This document shows, one piece after another, positions 1 to 8,565 of a stretch of DNA of 64,000 nucleotides. The notes under the pieces are model-generated. The model searched no databases. It saw only the letters and a program-made list of their open reading frames with translations, and had not been told where the DNA came from. The position numbers were made by a program, and so were the translations under genes. Origin of the DNA: a virus; IMG/VR virus record IMGVR_UViG_3300017917_003612, positions 1-64,000 of that record, one strand, 5' to 3'. Within the stretch, counting starts at the first letter, position 1, and each line of letters starts with the position of its first letter.

Positions 1-67
1 CCAGGGGGTTTAGTCCTGGGGTTTTATAGAATTTATTTGTATTACTTAGGTTCTATAATTCCCCAGG
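1..67 (-). promoter_or_regulatory. Attenuator-like switch: antiterminator helix overlapping a terminator stem that runs off the window edge
   Basis: On the minus strand CCUGGGGAAUUAUAGAA (67-51) pairs with UUCUAUAAAACCCCAGG (31-15) at 15/17 positions. Alternatively CCAGG (19-15) pairs with CCUGG (5-1). The U-tract would lie outside the window. Confidence 0.6.
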
Positions 68-165
68 GTACGATTACTAATATCGCGTGTAATCACCCAA
101 TAGGCTGTTAGCCCACATTCGGGTTGTGATTTAAACGATATATGTAACTGTACTGAAGTCATCAT
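46..165 (-). CDS. Putative leader peptide, 39 aa, MMTSVQLHISFKSQPECGLTAYWVITRDISNRTLGNYRT
   Basis: Translated by hand. ATG lies about 7 nt below a consensus -10; the last six codons cover the 5' arm of the antiterminator. Confidence 0.6.
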   Translation of the reverse strand: MMTSVQLHISFKSQPECGLTAYWVITRDISNRTLGNYRT

Positions 166-172
166 AGCCTCT

Positions 173-201
173 ATTGTATATTTATTTATCTTTCTTGTCA
201 A
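173..201 (-). promoter_or_regulatory. Sigma70-type promoter TTGACA-N17-TACAAT
   Basis: tgtcaa at 196-201 and attgta at 173-178 on +; a TAAATA motif also sits in the spacer. Confidence 0.75.
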
Positions 202-220
202 ACTTTTTTTTGTTGTTAAA

Positions 221-1066
221 TTAGCAAGTTTTGCTAAGATTCCAACTTGATTCGTTTTTGTTTATTATTTTGGTGTAATCGTCAAAATTTGAATCTGAGT
301 AAAACAATTCATATAGTTTATACGTTTTTTTTAAAAAAATCAAGTTAAATCTTTGCTGCCACTGGTGACTATAAATCAGTTTTAACCACCATTGACTTTT
401 TTTTGAATTTTCGTCGCCTAAGTTAAATTGATTCTTTACAAACTTTAATCCAAAATATCTTAAATTTGTAACTTCTGTTAGGTAATTATCTTGATCAAAT
501 CGAATTTGATTTTTGAGTTTTTTGTAAATTTTGTAAATGTTGTTGTTATGATGTGATTCATCAACTACCAACTGATGAAATAAATTTTTTAATTTGATGT
601 TTTCAATATTTCTATAAATTAGATAAAAACTAGTCCAAAGATAACATTCTCCTACGTAATAACGTACTAGTAAATCTGACAAATTAGTATTATCTACTAG
701 AGTAATTGTATTTTTTTCAATTTCTTCTATAGTGTTGTAAGCAACATCTTTATTAAAATTTTGTTTTAAAAATTGTTGTAATAAAAGAGTGTGTTCATTT
801 TCATCCTCTATCATTCTATTCAGATACTTTGCTATTTGGCATCTTTCTTCTTCATTTAAACAGATTTGTTGGTTATAAAAATTTGTTTGAAAGTGGTCAA
901 GAATTTTAGGATATGCTATGGTAGTTTCATACTCACCCAAATATGTGCTATAAATCCAATCAGACAAAAAATCAAAAGAAAAATTCTCATATTTTTGTTG
1001 TAAAGATTGTTCTAATAGATTAGAAAAAATAGGTTCATGAAAATTAAAAATGCAATTATTGGACAT
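221..1066 (-). CDS. Ferritin-like (diiron four-helix bundle) protein
   Basis: Two DExxH motifs (DENEH, DESHH) with an intervening Glu (YYVGE). Confidence 0.6.
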   Translation of the reverse strand: MSNNCIFNFHEPIFSNLLEQSLQQKYENFSFDFLSDWIYSTYLGEYETTIAYPKILDHFQTNFYNQQICLNEEERCQIAKYLNRMIEDENEHTLLLQQFLKQNFNKDVAYNTIEEIEKNTITLVDNTNLSDLLVRYYVGECYLWTSFYLIYRNIENIKLKNLFHQLVVDESHHNNNIYKIYKKLKNQIRFDQDNYLTEVTNLRYFGLKFVKNQFNLGDENSKKSQWWLKLIYSHQWQQRFNLIFLKKTYKLYELFYSDSNFDDYTKIINKNESSWNLSKTC

Positions 1067-1096
1067 AATTACTATTTAAGATTAGAACTTAAAATC

Positions 1097-1121
1097 AAAA
1101 AGAAAGCCCTTTGCAGGGCTT
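1097..1121 (-). terminator. Intrinsic terminator after pqqA
   Basis: AAGCCCT-4nt-AGGGCTT stem followed by a U-rich tract on the minus strand. Confidence 0.75.
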
Positions 1122-1142
1122 ACTTTTCCAAATCGCTTGAAA

Positions 1143-1217
1143 TTAGCGATTAGCAATATACATTGTGATTTCAAAACCAAAACGCATATCTTGAGCTGCC
1201 GGTGTAGTCCATGCCAT
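1143..1217 (-). CDS. pqqA: PQQ precursor peptide PqqA, 24 aa, MAWTTPAAQDMRFGFEITMYIANR
   Basis: Canonical W..P...D.R.GFEITMY...R pattern with E-x3-Y; AAGGAG RBS; own terminator. Below the ORF-track size cutoff. Confidence 0.95.
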   Translation of the reverse strand: MAWTTPAAQDMRFGFEITMYIANR

Positions 1218-1335
1218 GTTATTTCTCCTTGATTAAATTAACATACTGCAACAGTATGTATCTCTATTGTAAGGTAGATTTTGGTACATTTGTATCCTGA
1301 CAGTCATGATTTTACACTACGCAAATTCATTAGTG

Positions 1336-1596
1336 CTAGATAAAATCTAGGGCAGGGTAAAAGTGCCGTTCGGCCCATTCTTGTAATCTATGTTCATGCC
1401 AATAAATCATAAAATGATCTCGAGTTTCGAAATGTTTTTGAAATTCTTCAGTTACAGCCAAGCAACCATTGAGATCCTGTCCACCCATTTCGCCTTTCAT
1501 AAATGCAGTATCGCAGTCCCAATAATACTTTTCTAATTCTTTATAAGTTAGATCTGCTGCGTTTAGTACCACAGATAATAAGAATATTTTGAGCAC
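1336..1596 (-). CDS. Hypothetical exported protein
   Basis: AGGAG RBS, hydrophobic N-terminus. Confidence 0.6.
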   Translation of the reverse strand: MLKIFLLSVVLNAADLTYKELEKYYWDCDTAFMKGEMGGQDLNGCLAVTEEFQKHFETRDHFMIYWHEHRLQEWAERHFYPALDFI

Positions 1597-1617
1597 ACAC
1601 AGCTCCTAAATAATTAT

Positions 1618-1803
1618 TTATTGGTTTATCTGCTTACCCCAATTGAGTCGCAACCAAGCTCTTTCATGAATGTAATGTGCTACAGTCATCCAAATATTAA
1701 TTACAATTGCTCCGCTAATGCCTGTAAATGCTGCGGTTACTAGTGTTGCTACTATACGCCAGCTAATAGCTCTAACTATGGTTCTCTTATGTGTTTCTGT
1801 CAA
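1618..1803 (-). CDS. DUF2061-like small membrane protein
   Basis: ETHKRT..RAISWR and Y.HERAW motifs. Confidence 0.75.
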   Translation of the reverse strand: MTETHKRTIVRAISWRIVATLVTAAFTGISGAIVINIWMTVAHYIHERAWLRLNWGKQINQ

Positions 1804-1817
1804 TTTTTTTCTCCTAT

Positions 1818-1838
1818 AAAAAAGCCCCTTTCGGGGCT
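1818..1838 (-). terminator. Intrinsic terminator after ahpD
   Basis: AGCCCC-GAAA-GGGGCT plus U6. Confidence 0.8.
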
Positions 1839-1841
1839 GGT

Positions 1842-2354
1842 TTAACTATTGAGCACTCGGGCCACAGACGTTATTACGGCTGCGATTCGCCCAATGTCTC
1901 TAAGTTGTTCTACTGTGTATCCCATTTTCTTTAAATTTTCGTAATGTGATTTGATGCAAAAATGGCATTTACCCACAATTGACGCTGCTAGACTATAAGC
2001 TTCAAAACGTTCTTTTGTTGTACCACCATGAGTACTTATGGCATTCATTCTTAGCTGTGCAGGTAATCCTTTGAGATTAGCATCATCTGCCATTTCCACA
2101 TACGGATACCATACATTGTTCATGGCCATTAAACTTGATGCGGTCAGTGCTGCATCACGCTCACGGGCATCTTCCAGATTTGACTGTATAAACGAAACGA
2201 GTTTTCCATTACCTGTTGCCATTGCGGCTGCGAGAGCACATGCATTAGCTTCAGAAATGTCAAGACTGCTGCGATTGATAACACTATCAAGATTAAGTTT
2301 TGTGTCTTTGGCATATTCTGGAAGACCTTCTTTAATTTGTTCTACCCAACTCAT
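1842..2354 (-). CDS. ahpD: Alkylhydroperoxidase AhpD (CMD family)
   Basis: LPEYAKD.KLNL N-terminus, MAMNNVWY, CHFC..SH active site. Confidence 0.9.
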   Translation of the reverse strand: MSWVEQIKEGLPEYAKDTKLNLDSVINRSSLDISEANACALAAAMATGNGKLVSFIQSNLEDARERDAALTASSLMAMNNVWYPYVEMADDANLKGLPAQLRMNAISTHGGTTKERFEAYSLAASIVGKCHFCIKSHYENLKKMGYTVEQLRDIGRIAAVITSVARVLNS

Positions 2355-2490
2355 TCGTGTTTTCCTTTTCCTTTTGTTTTTGATTTTCTATTACTAATAG
2401 TTCTTGTTTCTTTTTGAAAATGGCGTCCCAATTACTAGCAAACTTATCTTGGCTAACACTATAGGGGCGCGGACTTGAACCTTTACTCAC
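2332..2490 (-). CDS. Small phage protein, 52 aa (SKGSSPRP...FASNWDAIF type)
   Basis: GTG start overlaps the stop of the upstream gene; motif recognised from phage hypotheticals. Confidence 0.6.
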   Translation of the reverse strand: MSKGSSPRPYSVSQDKFASNWDAIFKKKQELLVIENQKQKEKENTNELGRTN

Positions 2491-2891
2491 TTTGTTTGAT
2501 CCCCTAGTAGCTTGTAACCTTTGTACGTAGGATGCACACCGTCACTGCTGATGTTGCTTTCGGGTCTTGGAATAACTGTATCACCAAATTCTGCAGCCAC
2601 TTGTTTTACCGCTTCTACTTGTCGTGGCTTGAGTCTCTGGCTAGGCAACAACCAAAACACCCGATTGGCTTGGGCATTGGTACGCAAAGATCTAATGTGT
2701 CCTTCGGTATTGATACCAAGATCATTTGCGCCAAGACTAATGATTAGTGTTTGGGTCGGTTTCAACTTATGTAAATGCTTGTTGTTCCAATCACGACTGT
2801 TGATTCCGCTTTTAGCTATGGCTTGACATTCGGGCCTAACTTGACTGACTCCTACAGCAATACTATCTCCTACAATCAAACATTCAAGCAT
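2487..2891 (-). CDS. SGNH/GDSL hydrolase
   Basis: GDSI, GAND and DGVHP blocks. Confidence 0.85.
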   Translation of the reverse strand: MLECLIVGDSIAVGVSQVRPECQAIAKSGINSRDWNNKHLHKLKPTQTLIISLGANDLGINTEGHIRSLRTNAQANRVFWLLPSQRLKPRQVEAVKQVAAEFGDTVIPRPESNISSDGVHPTYKGYKLLGDQTK

Positions 2892-2904
2892 TTACTTCTC
2901 CTGA

Positions 2905-3450
2905 TTAAAGTGTTTCGCCGCCAATTGGGCGTGAGCATGGGCACAATTCGCCAGTCTGCAATGCGTCAAGGATACGCAATGTCTCGTCTGGATTACGACC
3001 AACGTCTAGATTGTTTACAGTCACATGCTGGATTACATTGTCTGGATCAACAATGAATGTGGCACGAAGTGCAGCACCGGCTGGGCCATAGAAAATACCC
3101 AATTGATCAGCCAAGCTGTTTTCGTCTCTGGCAACATCAGCAAATGACCACGAATTGGTCTTCTTTAGATCCTCGTGTGCGTTACGCCACGCCAGTTTAC
3201 AGAATTCATTGTCGGTGCTACCAATTAGCAATACAGCGTCACGATCTGCGAAATCTTTGTTGAGTTTGTCGTAAGCAACAATTTCAGTTGGGCAAACAAA
3301 TGTAAAGTCTTTTGGATAGTAAACAATTACTTTCCATTTTCCTTCAAAGCTTCGGTCTGTGATTGTTTCAAATGCACCGTCTACGGTCAGTGCGCCGGGT
3401 TTGACACCAGTTACTGCAAAATGTGTGATACGATCTCCAATTGTTTTCAT
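2905..3450 (-). CDS. ahpC: 2-Cys peroxiredoxin AhpC
   Basis: YPKDFTFVCPTE, RATFIVDP, GRN..E.LR and LCP motifs; start moved to MKTIGD behind AGGAG. Confidence 0.95.
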   Translation of the reverse strand: MKTIGDRITHFAVTGVKPGALTVDGAFETITDRSFEGKWKVIVYYPKDFTFVCPTEIVAYDKLNKDFADRDAVLLIGSTDNEFCKLAWRNAHEDLKKTNSWSFADVARDENSLADQLGIFYGPAGAALRATFIVDPDNVIQHVTVNNLDVGRNPDETLRILDALQTGELCPCSRPIGGETL

Positions 3451-3478
3451 CTGATTTTCTCCTAATGTTAAAATGAAA

Positions 3479-3823
3479 TTATCTTTGTGCCCTGCAATTG
3501 GGGCAAACAACTATTAAATTTGTTTCCTCGTTGTTATGAGTATTGTTATCCTTATGATCAACCACTAACGGAATTGATTGTCCTGCGTGTTGGTCGTTCC
3601 GACAAATTTCACATTTTGCGCCACGTTGTTCGATCAAGTAACGTTTTACATAATCTGGTACTTGTCGCCAGGCTGTGGTGGCTTGATTCTGTTTCCATTC
3701 GTTTATCAACAATCTACTTTTGTGCTGTTGTTGACAACTGTTGTTGCAATATTTGTTGGTATAACTGTGTCCTTTTACTGGATTGTTGCGTCCACAATTT
3801 AAACAAGTAAAACAAGAGTTCAT
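3479..3823 (-). CDS. HNH endonuclease with Zn ribbons
   Basis: CEIC...VDHKDNN..NN...NLIVVCPNC. Confidence 0.8.
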   Translation of the reverse strand: MNSCFTCLNCGRNNPVKGHSYTNKYCNNSCQQQHKSRLLINEWKQNQATTAWRQVPDYVKRYLIEQRGAKCEICRNDQHAGQSIPLVVDHKDNNTHNNEETNLIVVCPNCRAQR

Positions 3824-3937
3824 AATCTAGTAGAGTAAGTTGCAAAGCACTTTATAATATTTACTGCTCTATGTTATCCATTATATAGGAGTATAAATAG
3901 TTTTGCAACACTTTTGATAAAACTAATTAAATACTGT

Positions 3938-4117
3938 ATGTGGTTATTAATTATTATGATGTTTAGTACACTTCCTCCAGGTACAAATGACACTCGAGGT
4001 TCCATTTCTGTACGAGTCGGTACCAAAGAAGAATGTTATCAAATGAAAGAACGCATAGAAAAAATGCGTTTTGACAATTATCGAATGAGCGCATCCTGTG
4101 TGTTCAAAGGCACCTGA
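3938..4117 (+). CDS. Small membrane/exported two-Cys protein
   Basis: Hydrophobic N-terminus, EEC...SCV; TAAATA 4 nt upstream of the ATG. Confidence 0.6.
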   Translation: MWLLIIMMFSTLPPGTNDTRGSISVRVGTKEECYQMKERIEKMRFDNYRMSASCVFKGT

Positions 4118-4187
4118 CAAAAAGAATCTAGTCATATCAACTGCCCAATAAATATTTGTGCTTACGGCTTTCAATCATGGGTGGACA

Positions 4188-5861
4188 ATGAATCGATATG
4201 ACGAACTTGAAATACTAATTAAAAAATTTACTAGACAAATACCAGATACCGAAGAATACGACGCTAGACTACAAGAAGAATTAGAAATTATCGCAAAATT
4301 AGGTTTTGCCAAGCACTTTCTTCGTGTTAGAGAAATTCTAGATTTAACTCAAGACATACCACACATCACCAGAGGTTCAGCAGGATCAAGCTTGATATGC
4401 TATCTCATGGGCATATCAGATGTGGATCCTATTCTAGAACGCATACCATTATCACGATTTATGAATCCCAAGCGTGATGACTTACCGGATATCGACTTGG
4501 ACTTTCCGCACTGGCAACAAGAAACTGTGATGAACAGGATCTTTAAACGTTGGCCCGGACAAAGTGCTAGAGTAAGCAATTATGTGATGTACAAAGAAAA
4601 GTCGGCTGTACGCGAAGCTGCCAAACGGTATGGTGCCAAGGGCAGATTAAAACGCAATTTTAAATTGGCAGATGTGGTACCGGCCGAGTATGTGGGCGAA
4701 GCCGAACGACTAGCAGACAAACTGTTGGGCAAGAAACGTTGTATAAGCAAACACTGCGGCGGCATACTGATCTTTGATCGTGCAGTGCCCAAAAGCTTGA
4801 TCAATGGCGAGAATCAAATATTGTTAGACAAATACGAGATCGAAGACCTTGAACATTTTAAAATTGACATTCTTGCCAATCGTGGACTAAGTCAACTATG
4901 GGAAATAGAACAGCGTGATTTGCTAGATTATCCTGAAACAGATGAAGCAACTAGTGCTCTACTCAGCAGAGGCGATGTGTTAGGTGTTACACAGGCAGAG
5001 AGTCCGGCTATGAAACGACTGTTTAGAGCCATACGCCCTCAAAATCGTGCTGACTGTGTGTTAGGTACAGCACTTATTCGACCAGTGGCCACACAAGGTC
5101 GTCGTAGAGCAAGTGCCTTTCAAGATTGGACCAAAGATAACTTGTCTGAAACTATTGTGTTTGAAGATGATGCTATAGAACTGATATCAGAAATACTAGG
5201 ATGTGATCAATATGAAGCAGACATGTGGCGTAGGGCATTTGCTAAGAAGAACGAAGAGAAGATGTTTGAGTTCATGCAAAAGGTTGGAGATCATCCTCGT
5301 CGTGATGATGTCCTATTGGCCTTACGTGAACTAAGTCACTTTGGTCTATGTCGTGCCCATGCTATCAATCTTGGTAGATTGATTTGGGCATTAGCATATC
5401 AAAAGGCACACAACCCAGAAGCGTTTTGGCGTGCTGCACTAAAGCACTGTCAAGGATCATATGCTGGATGGGTATATTGGCAAGAAGCCAAACTAGCTGG
5501 AGCAGTACCTGCAGCCGGCGAAGGGGGTGAAGTGGCAGACTTGTTACAAGAAGGTCGTTGGCGTAGTGGTAGATTCATTCCGGTGTGCCAAGAAATTCGT
5601 AAACCCGGACAAGTGGAATTTTGTGGTCTAGTTGCCAACTATCGTGTGTTCAAGTCAGGACCCAAAGAGTACATTACCTTTGCCACACTAGGCACTGGCA
5701 ATGGCAGATATCTTGATGTTATATTACCACATGCTACCAGTTTTCATGAACAACCAATCTTGTGGGGAACGGGCAAGTTGGGGTATAAAAATAATTCAGA
5801 ATATGTTACAGTATATCGTAGCAAGAAGATGAAACTAACTGATATAGCACACATAACATGA
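4188..5861 (+). CDS. dnaE: C-family DNA polymerase (DnaE-like), shortened, no PHP domain
   Basis: RGSAGSS, PDIDLDF, SKHCGG, KIDIL, Q.ES..M and CRAHA motifs; C-terminal OB-like segment. Confidence 0.88.
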   Translation: MNRYDELEILIKKFTRQIPDTEEYDARLQEELEIIAKLGFAKHFLRVREILDLTQDIPHITRGSAGSSLICYLMGISDVDPILERIPLSRFMNPKRDDLPDIDLDFPHWQQETVMNRIFKRWPGQSARVSNYVMYKEKSAVREAAKRYGAKGRLKRNFKLADVVPAEYVGEAERLADKLLGKKRCISKHCGGILIFDRAVPKSLINGENQILLDKYEIEDLEHFKIDILANRGLSQLWEIEQRDLLDYPETDEATSALLSRGDVLGVTQAESPAMKRLFRAIRPQNRADCVLGTALIRPVATQGRRRASAFQDWTKDNLSETIVFEDDAIELISEILGCDQYEADMWRRAFAKKNEEKMFEFMQKVGDHPRRDDVLLALRELSHFGLCRAHAINLGRLIWALAYQKAHNPEAFWRAALKHCQGSYAGWVYWQEAKLAGAVPAAGEGGEVADLLQEGRWRSGRFIPVCQEIRKPGQVEFCGLVANYRVFKSGPKEYITFATLGTGNGRYLDVILPHATSFHEQPILWGTGKLGYKNNSEYVTVYRSKKMKLTDIAHIT

Positions 5862-6154
5862 AATCAAGAATACACCTTTACCCACACAACGGACCGGGCA
5901 GTCGCGGTTACATTGTGGCCGAACAGTCTGCACTAAGATCTCTAGCTAGACATCTTGAAGATGCTGCTACTGGTCTAGTTGGATTTGATACTGTCCGCTG
6001 TTATAGTTCAGATGGGCACGAATATGAACTAGTTATAGTATGTGATGTAAGTGAAGAAGAATGGCAAAACTTACCGGTGCCTGGCGACAAAAACTCAGAT
6101 CCTAGCAAGTTGTCTGTTGTTCAAACGTTTGATGAATTGAAAAAAACTGGTTGA
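5858..6154 (+). CDS. Hypothetical protein coupled to dnaE
   Basis: Start abuts the dnaE stop. Confidence 0.6.
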   Translation: MKSRIHLYPHNGPGSRGYIVAEQSALRSLARHLEDAATGLVGFDTVRCYSSDGHEYELVIVCDVSEEEWQNLPVPGDKNSDPSKLSVVQTFDELKKTG

Positions 6155-6331
6155 TTATTTATTTTTCAATGAAGAACACATCATTTCAAATTCCTGTTGT
6201 TTTCTACTCATGAGAGAATGACTGGCGGTAGGATTGGATTTACGATAATTTTCGCGTTCTTTTTCTAAACACTCGTCGTATTGACTGCTACAACCCGCTA
6301 CTGCTAATAAAAAAATCATGGTGTATCGCAT
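6155..6331 (-). CDS. Small lipoprotein, 58 aa
   Basis: MRYTMIFLLAVAGC lipobox; translated by hand. Confidence 0.6.
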   Translation of the reverse strand: MRYTMIFLLAVAGCSSQYDECLEKERENYRKSNPTASHSLMSRKQQEFEMMCSSLKNK

Positions 6332-6355
6332 ACCAGTTTCCTAAAATTGTATTTA

Positions 6356-6592
6356 CTAGTTATCGTCAAAGTTGTTCAATATAAATTCCTTGCTGGGCTT
6401 AAATGGAACAATCTTTGATTTGTCTAGCGGATCAAATACCACGTAAAAACCTTCAAACCTGGTACCATCGTACTTGGCACGAATATCTGTAACTCGTTTG
6501 CCTGTCTGTTTTTCAACAGCAGCAACTATCATGTCCATAGCAACTGTTTCGCTAATTGATGCTGTCATTTCTATATCAAATTTGTGTGTCAT
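6356..6592 (-). CDS. Hypothetical protein
   Basis: AAGGA RBS, clean ORF. Confidence 0.6.
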   Translation of the reverse strand: MTHKFDIEMTASISETVAMDMIVAAVEKQTGKRVTDIRAKYDGTRFEGFYVVFDPLDKSKIVPFKPSKEFILNNFDDN

Positions 6593-6643
6593 AAATGTCC
6601 TTGTGTAATTCTAATTGTATTATACAACATATAATGACTGTTG

Positions 6644-6958
6644 TCATGGTTTAAATTTATCAATCATTAGATCGGCTGTACAAAGAACACATCTTGGTAG
6701 CTTGCACTCTGTATAATTTTTTAACAATTCAAAATTTGATTCAAGATTTCCTAAATAATCATTTTTACACATTGATCCATAAACATCAAAGTTTGGATCA
6801 ATGGCTAGATACTCAGCCCCTGCTGCACAACGCCATCCTTTCCAATGATCAAGACTTTCATTATGGAGTCTATCTGCGAAAACAAGGTATTCATTGCCAT
6901 CTTCTGTTGTCACAACAGTATTATAATTTTTATCAATTATTATTTGCTTAGAATTCAT
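6644..6958 (-). CDS. Stand-alone SPASM/Twitch-like Fe-S domain protein
   Basis: CAAG...L.I...DVY...C....LGNL...C...RC..C. Confidence 0.6.
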   Translation of the reverse strand: MNSKQIIIDKNYNTVVTTEDGNEYLVFADRLHNESLDHWKGWRCAAGAEYLAIDPNFDVYGSMCKNDYLGNLESNFELLKNYTECKLPRCVLCTADLMIDKFKP

Positions 6959-7586
6959 AAAATTGTTTGCTTGTGTTTGTTAAATTTTCTTCTCTAATTT
7001 TTACAGAAAAATCAATTTTGTTTACAGAATAATTGATTCCGTTTTTATTAAAAAAATCCATATACGTTTCTATTCTTTGTTTATGCCACGGTTCTTCCAT
7101 AATATTCACTTGAATTGTTTTTTGAGTGTTTTTAATTTTGTCATGGCACGCTATTATGTTTTCAAAAAACTTTTTCTCGTTAAAAAATTCTGAATGAGTT
7201 GAAAACGAAATGTGATCCACATAGTTTAGTAGTTTTGAATAATAATTGATTGATGCTGAGCCATTAGTAGTAACTCCAATTTGAAAAATATTTTCATTGT
7301 AATTTTCATGCAACCATTTAATAAAGGGAAGAAAATCTTTGTTGACAGTGACCTCTCCACCTGTAAATGAAATTTTATATTTTAAATTTTTGTCTTTGGA
7401 AGCATGAAATATTTTCATCCATGCGCCTTTGAGTTCATGTAATGTTTTTGTTTGTGAAACCAAATCATGGAAACTGGCAGGACAGTACATACAATCAAAA
7501 TTACAACGCAAATCAACTTGCCATACAATTGTAAAATACTTGTCAATTGGTTTTACTTTGACAATAGGAATAGTTTTATACGTCAT
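6948..7586 (-). CDS. Radical SAM protein (core only)
   Basis: CNFDCMYC, FTGGE, TTNGS. Confidence 0.9.
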   Translation of the reverse strand: MTYKTIPIVKVKPIDKYFTIVWQVDLRCNFDCMYCPASFHDLVSQTKTLHELKGAWMKIFHASKDKNLKYKISFTGGEVTVNKDFLPFIKWLHENYNENIFQIGVTTNGSASINYYSKLLNYVDHISFSTHSEFFNEKKFFENIIACHDKIKNTQKTIQVNIMEEPWHKQRIETYMDFFNKNGINYSVNKIDFSVKIREENLTNTSKQFYEF

Positions 7587-7589
7587 AAA

Positions 7590-8222
7590 TCATTGATTGA
7601 TTAATAAATTGACAAAATTGAGTAATAAATGGTGATTACCGCCCGACCAGTGTCTACGCATCCAAGTGTAATCATTATACCAATGTTGATCTGCTTCAGG
7701 ATGACATCCTATTAATCCTATACGATCTTGCATAATAGCCATAGGTGCATAATTTGAATATCGAGCTACAGTTTCAAAATTTGTTCCGTAAAAAGTACAA
7801 CCATCATAAAAATACATGCCCAACTGCTGACCACGCCATGTCACAGGCATTTGTTTAGCATGTGGTCTTCTAGTGCATGCGGTAGGGTGTTTGATATATT
7901 GTTGTACTCTAACTCCATTTAGTAAACCCAAATAGTCTGTATCGGCCCAGTATGCCCCCATGCAAACGCCCAAGTAATACCCGCCATCGGCTACGAAGTT
8001 TCTTATTCTTTGGCCGTTCGTTTTCATCAAGTAGTCATAACTGTCGCTATCGCCTACCCCGCCTGGAACAGCAATCATATCAACATCATTAAAGAAATCT
8101 GCTTCTAGTTCGTGTTTTGTAAAAATTTTGAAACGGTAGTTGCGCCCTAATGCCCGCATGATTCCGTTGGCTGATTGCACAGAACATTTGGGTTGATGAA
8201 TAAAAAGGGCTATAGTTTTCAT
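7590..8222 (-). CDS. BPL_N / class I glutamine amidotransferase-like protein
   Basis: VPGG, GGYYLGVCMGAY nucleophile elbow, HPE. Confidence 0.8.
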   Translation of the reverse strand: MKTIALFIHQPKCSVQSANGIMRALGRNYRFKIFTKHELEADFFNDVDMIAVPGGVGDSDSYDYLMKTNGQRIRNFVADGGYYLGVCMGAYWADTDYLGLLNGVRVQQYIKHPTACTRRPHAKQMPVTWRGQQLGMYFYDGCTFYGTNFETVARYSNYAPMAIMQDRIGLIGCHPEADQHWYNDYTWMRRHWSGGNHHLLLNFVNLLINQ

Positions 8223-8482
8223 TGCGGACGATATTTAACACCAACCCAAGTTCCTGCAAACGCTCCTAATACTGCCGGAATCAACAAGTATGGGTTATAC
8301 GCACTACCAATTAGTGCCGAGGCGTACAACACATATAGTATAGCAGCCCATGTGGAAGCTTTCAATGCTTGTGACTGTTGAATAGCCTGTATATAGTAAG
8401 CATTGAACACATCAGTGAAAAACATGGCAAAAAACGCTGCTGGATATTCCCAAAATTCCATTTGAAACTCAATGTCGACCAT
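8219..8482 (-). CDS. Small membrane protein
   Basis: About three hydrophobic segments. Confidence 0.6.
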   Translation of the reverse strand: MVDIEFQMEFWEYPAAFFAMFFTDVFNAYYIQAIQQSQALKASTWAAILYVLYASALIGSAYNPYLLIPAVLGAFAGTWVGVKYRPQ

Positions 8483-8496
8483 CTATTTATGGCAAT

Positions 8497-8515
8497 AAAA
8501 AAGCCCTTTCGGGCT
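8497..8515 (-). terminator. Intrinsic terminator after the porin gene
   Basis: AGCCC-GAAA-GGGCT plus U-tract. Confidence 0.75.
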
Positions 8516-8565
8516 ATTTTTGTGCTGGTTACGAGTTCCAGCTGCACTCTATTTGTGTGCTCGAT

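Noticed and set aside
2461-2483. GGTTCAAGTCC T-loop-like motif on the minus strand suggesting a tRNA
   Set aside because: No cloverleaf; it lies in the KGSSPRP codons of a small ORF.
6644-7586. PqqE partner for PqqA
   Set aside because: No PqqE-specific features recognised, no pqqD/B/C nearby, and 5 kb away.
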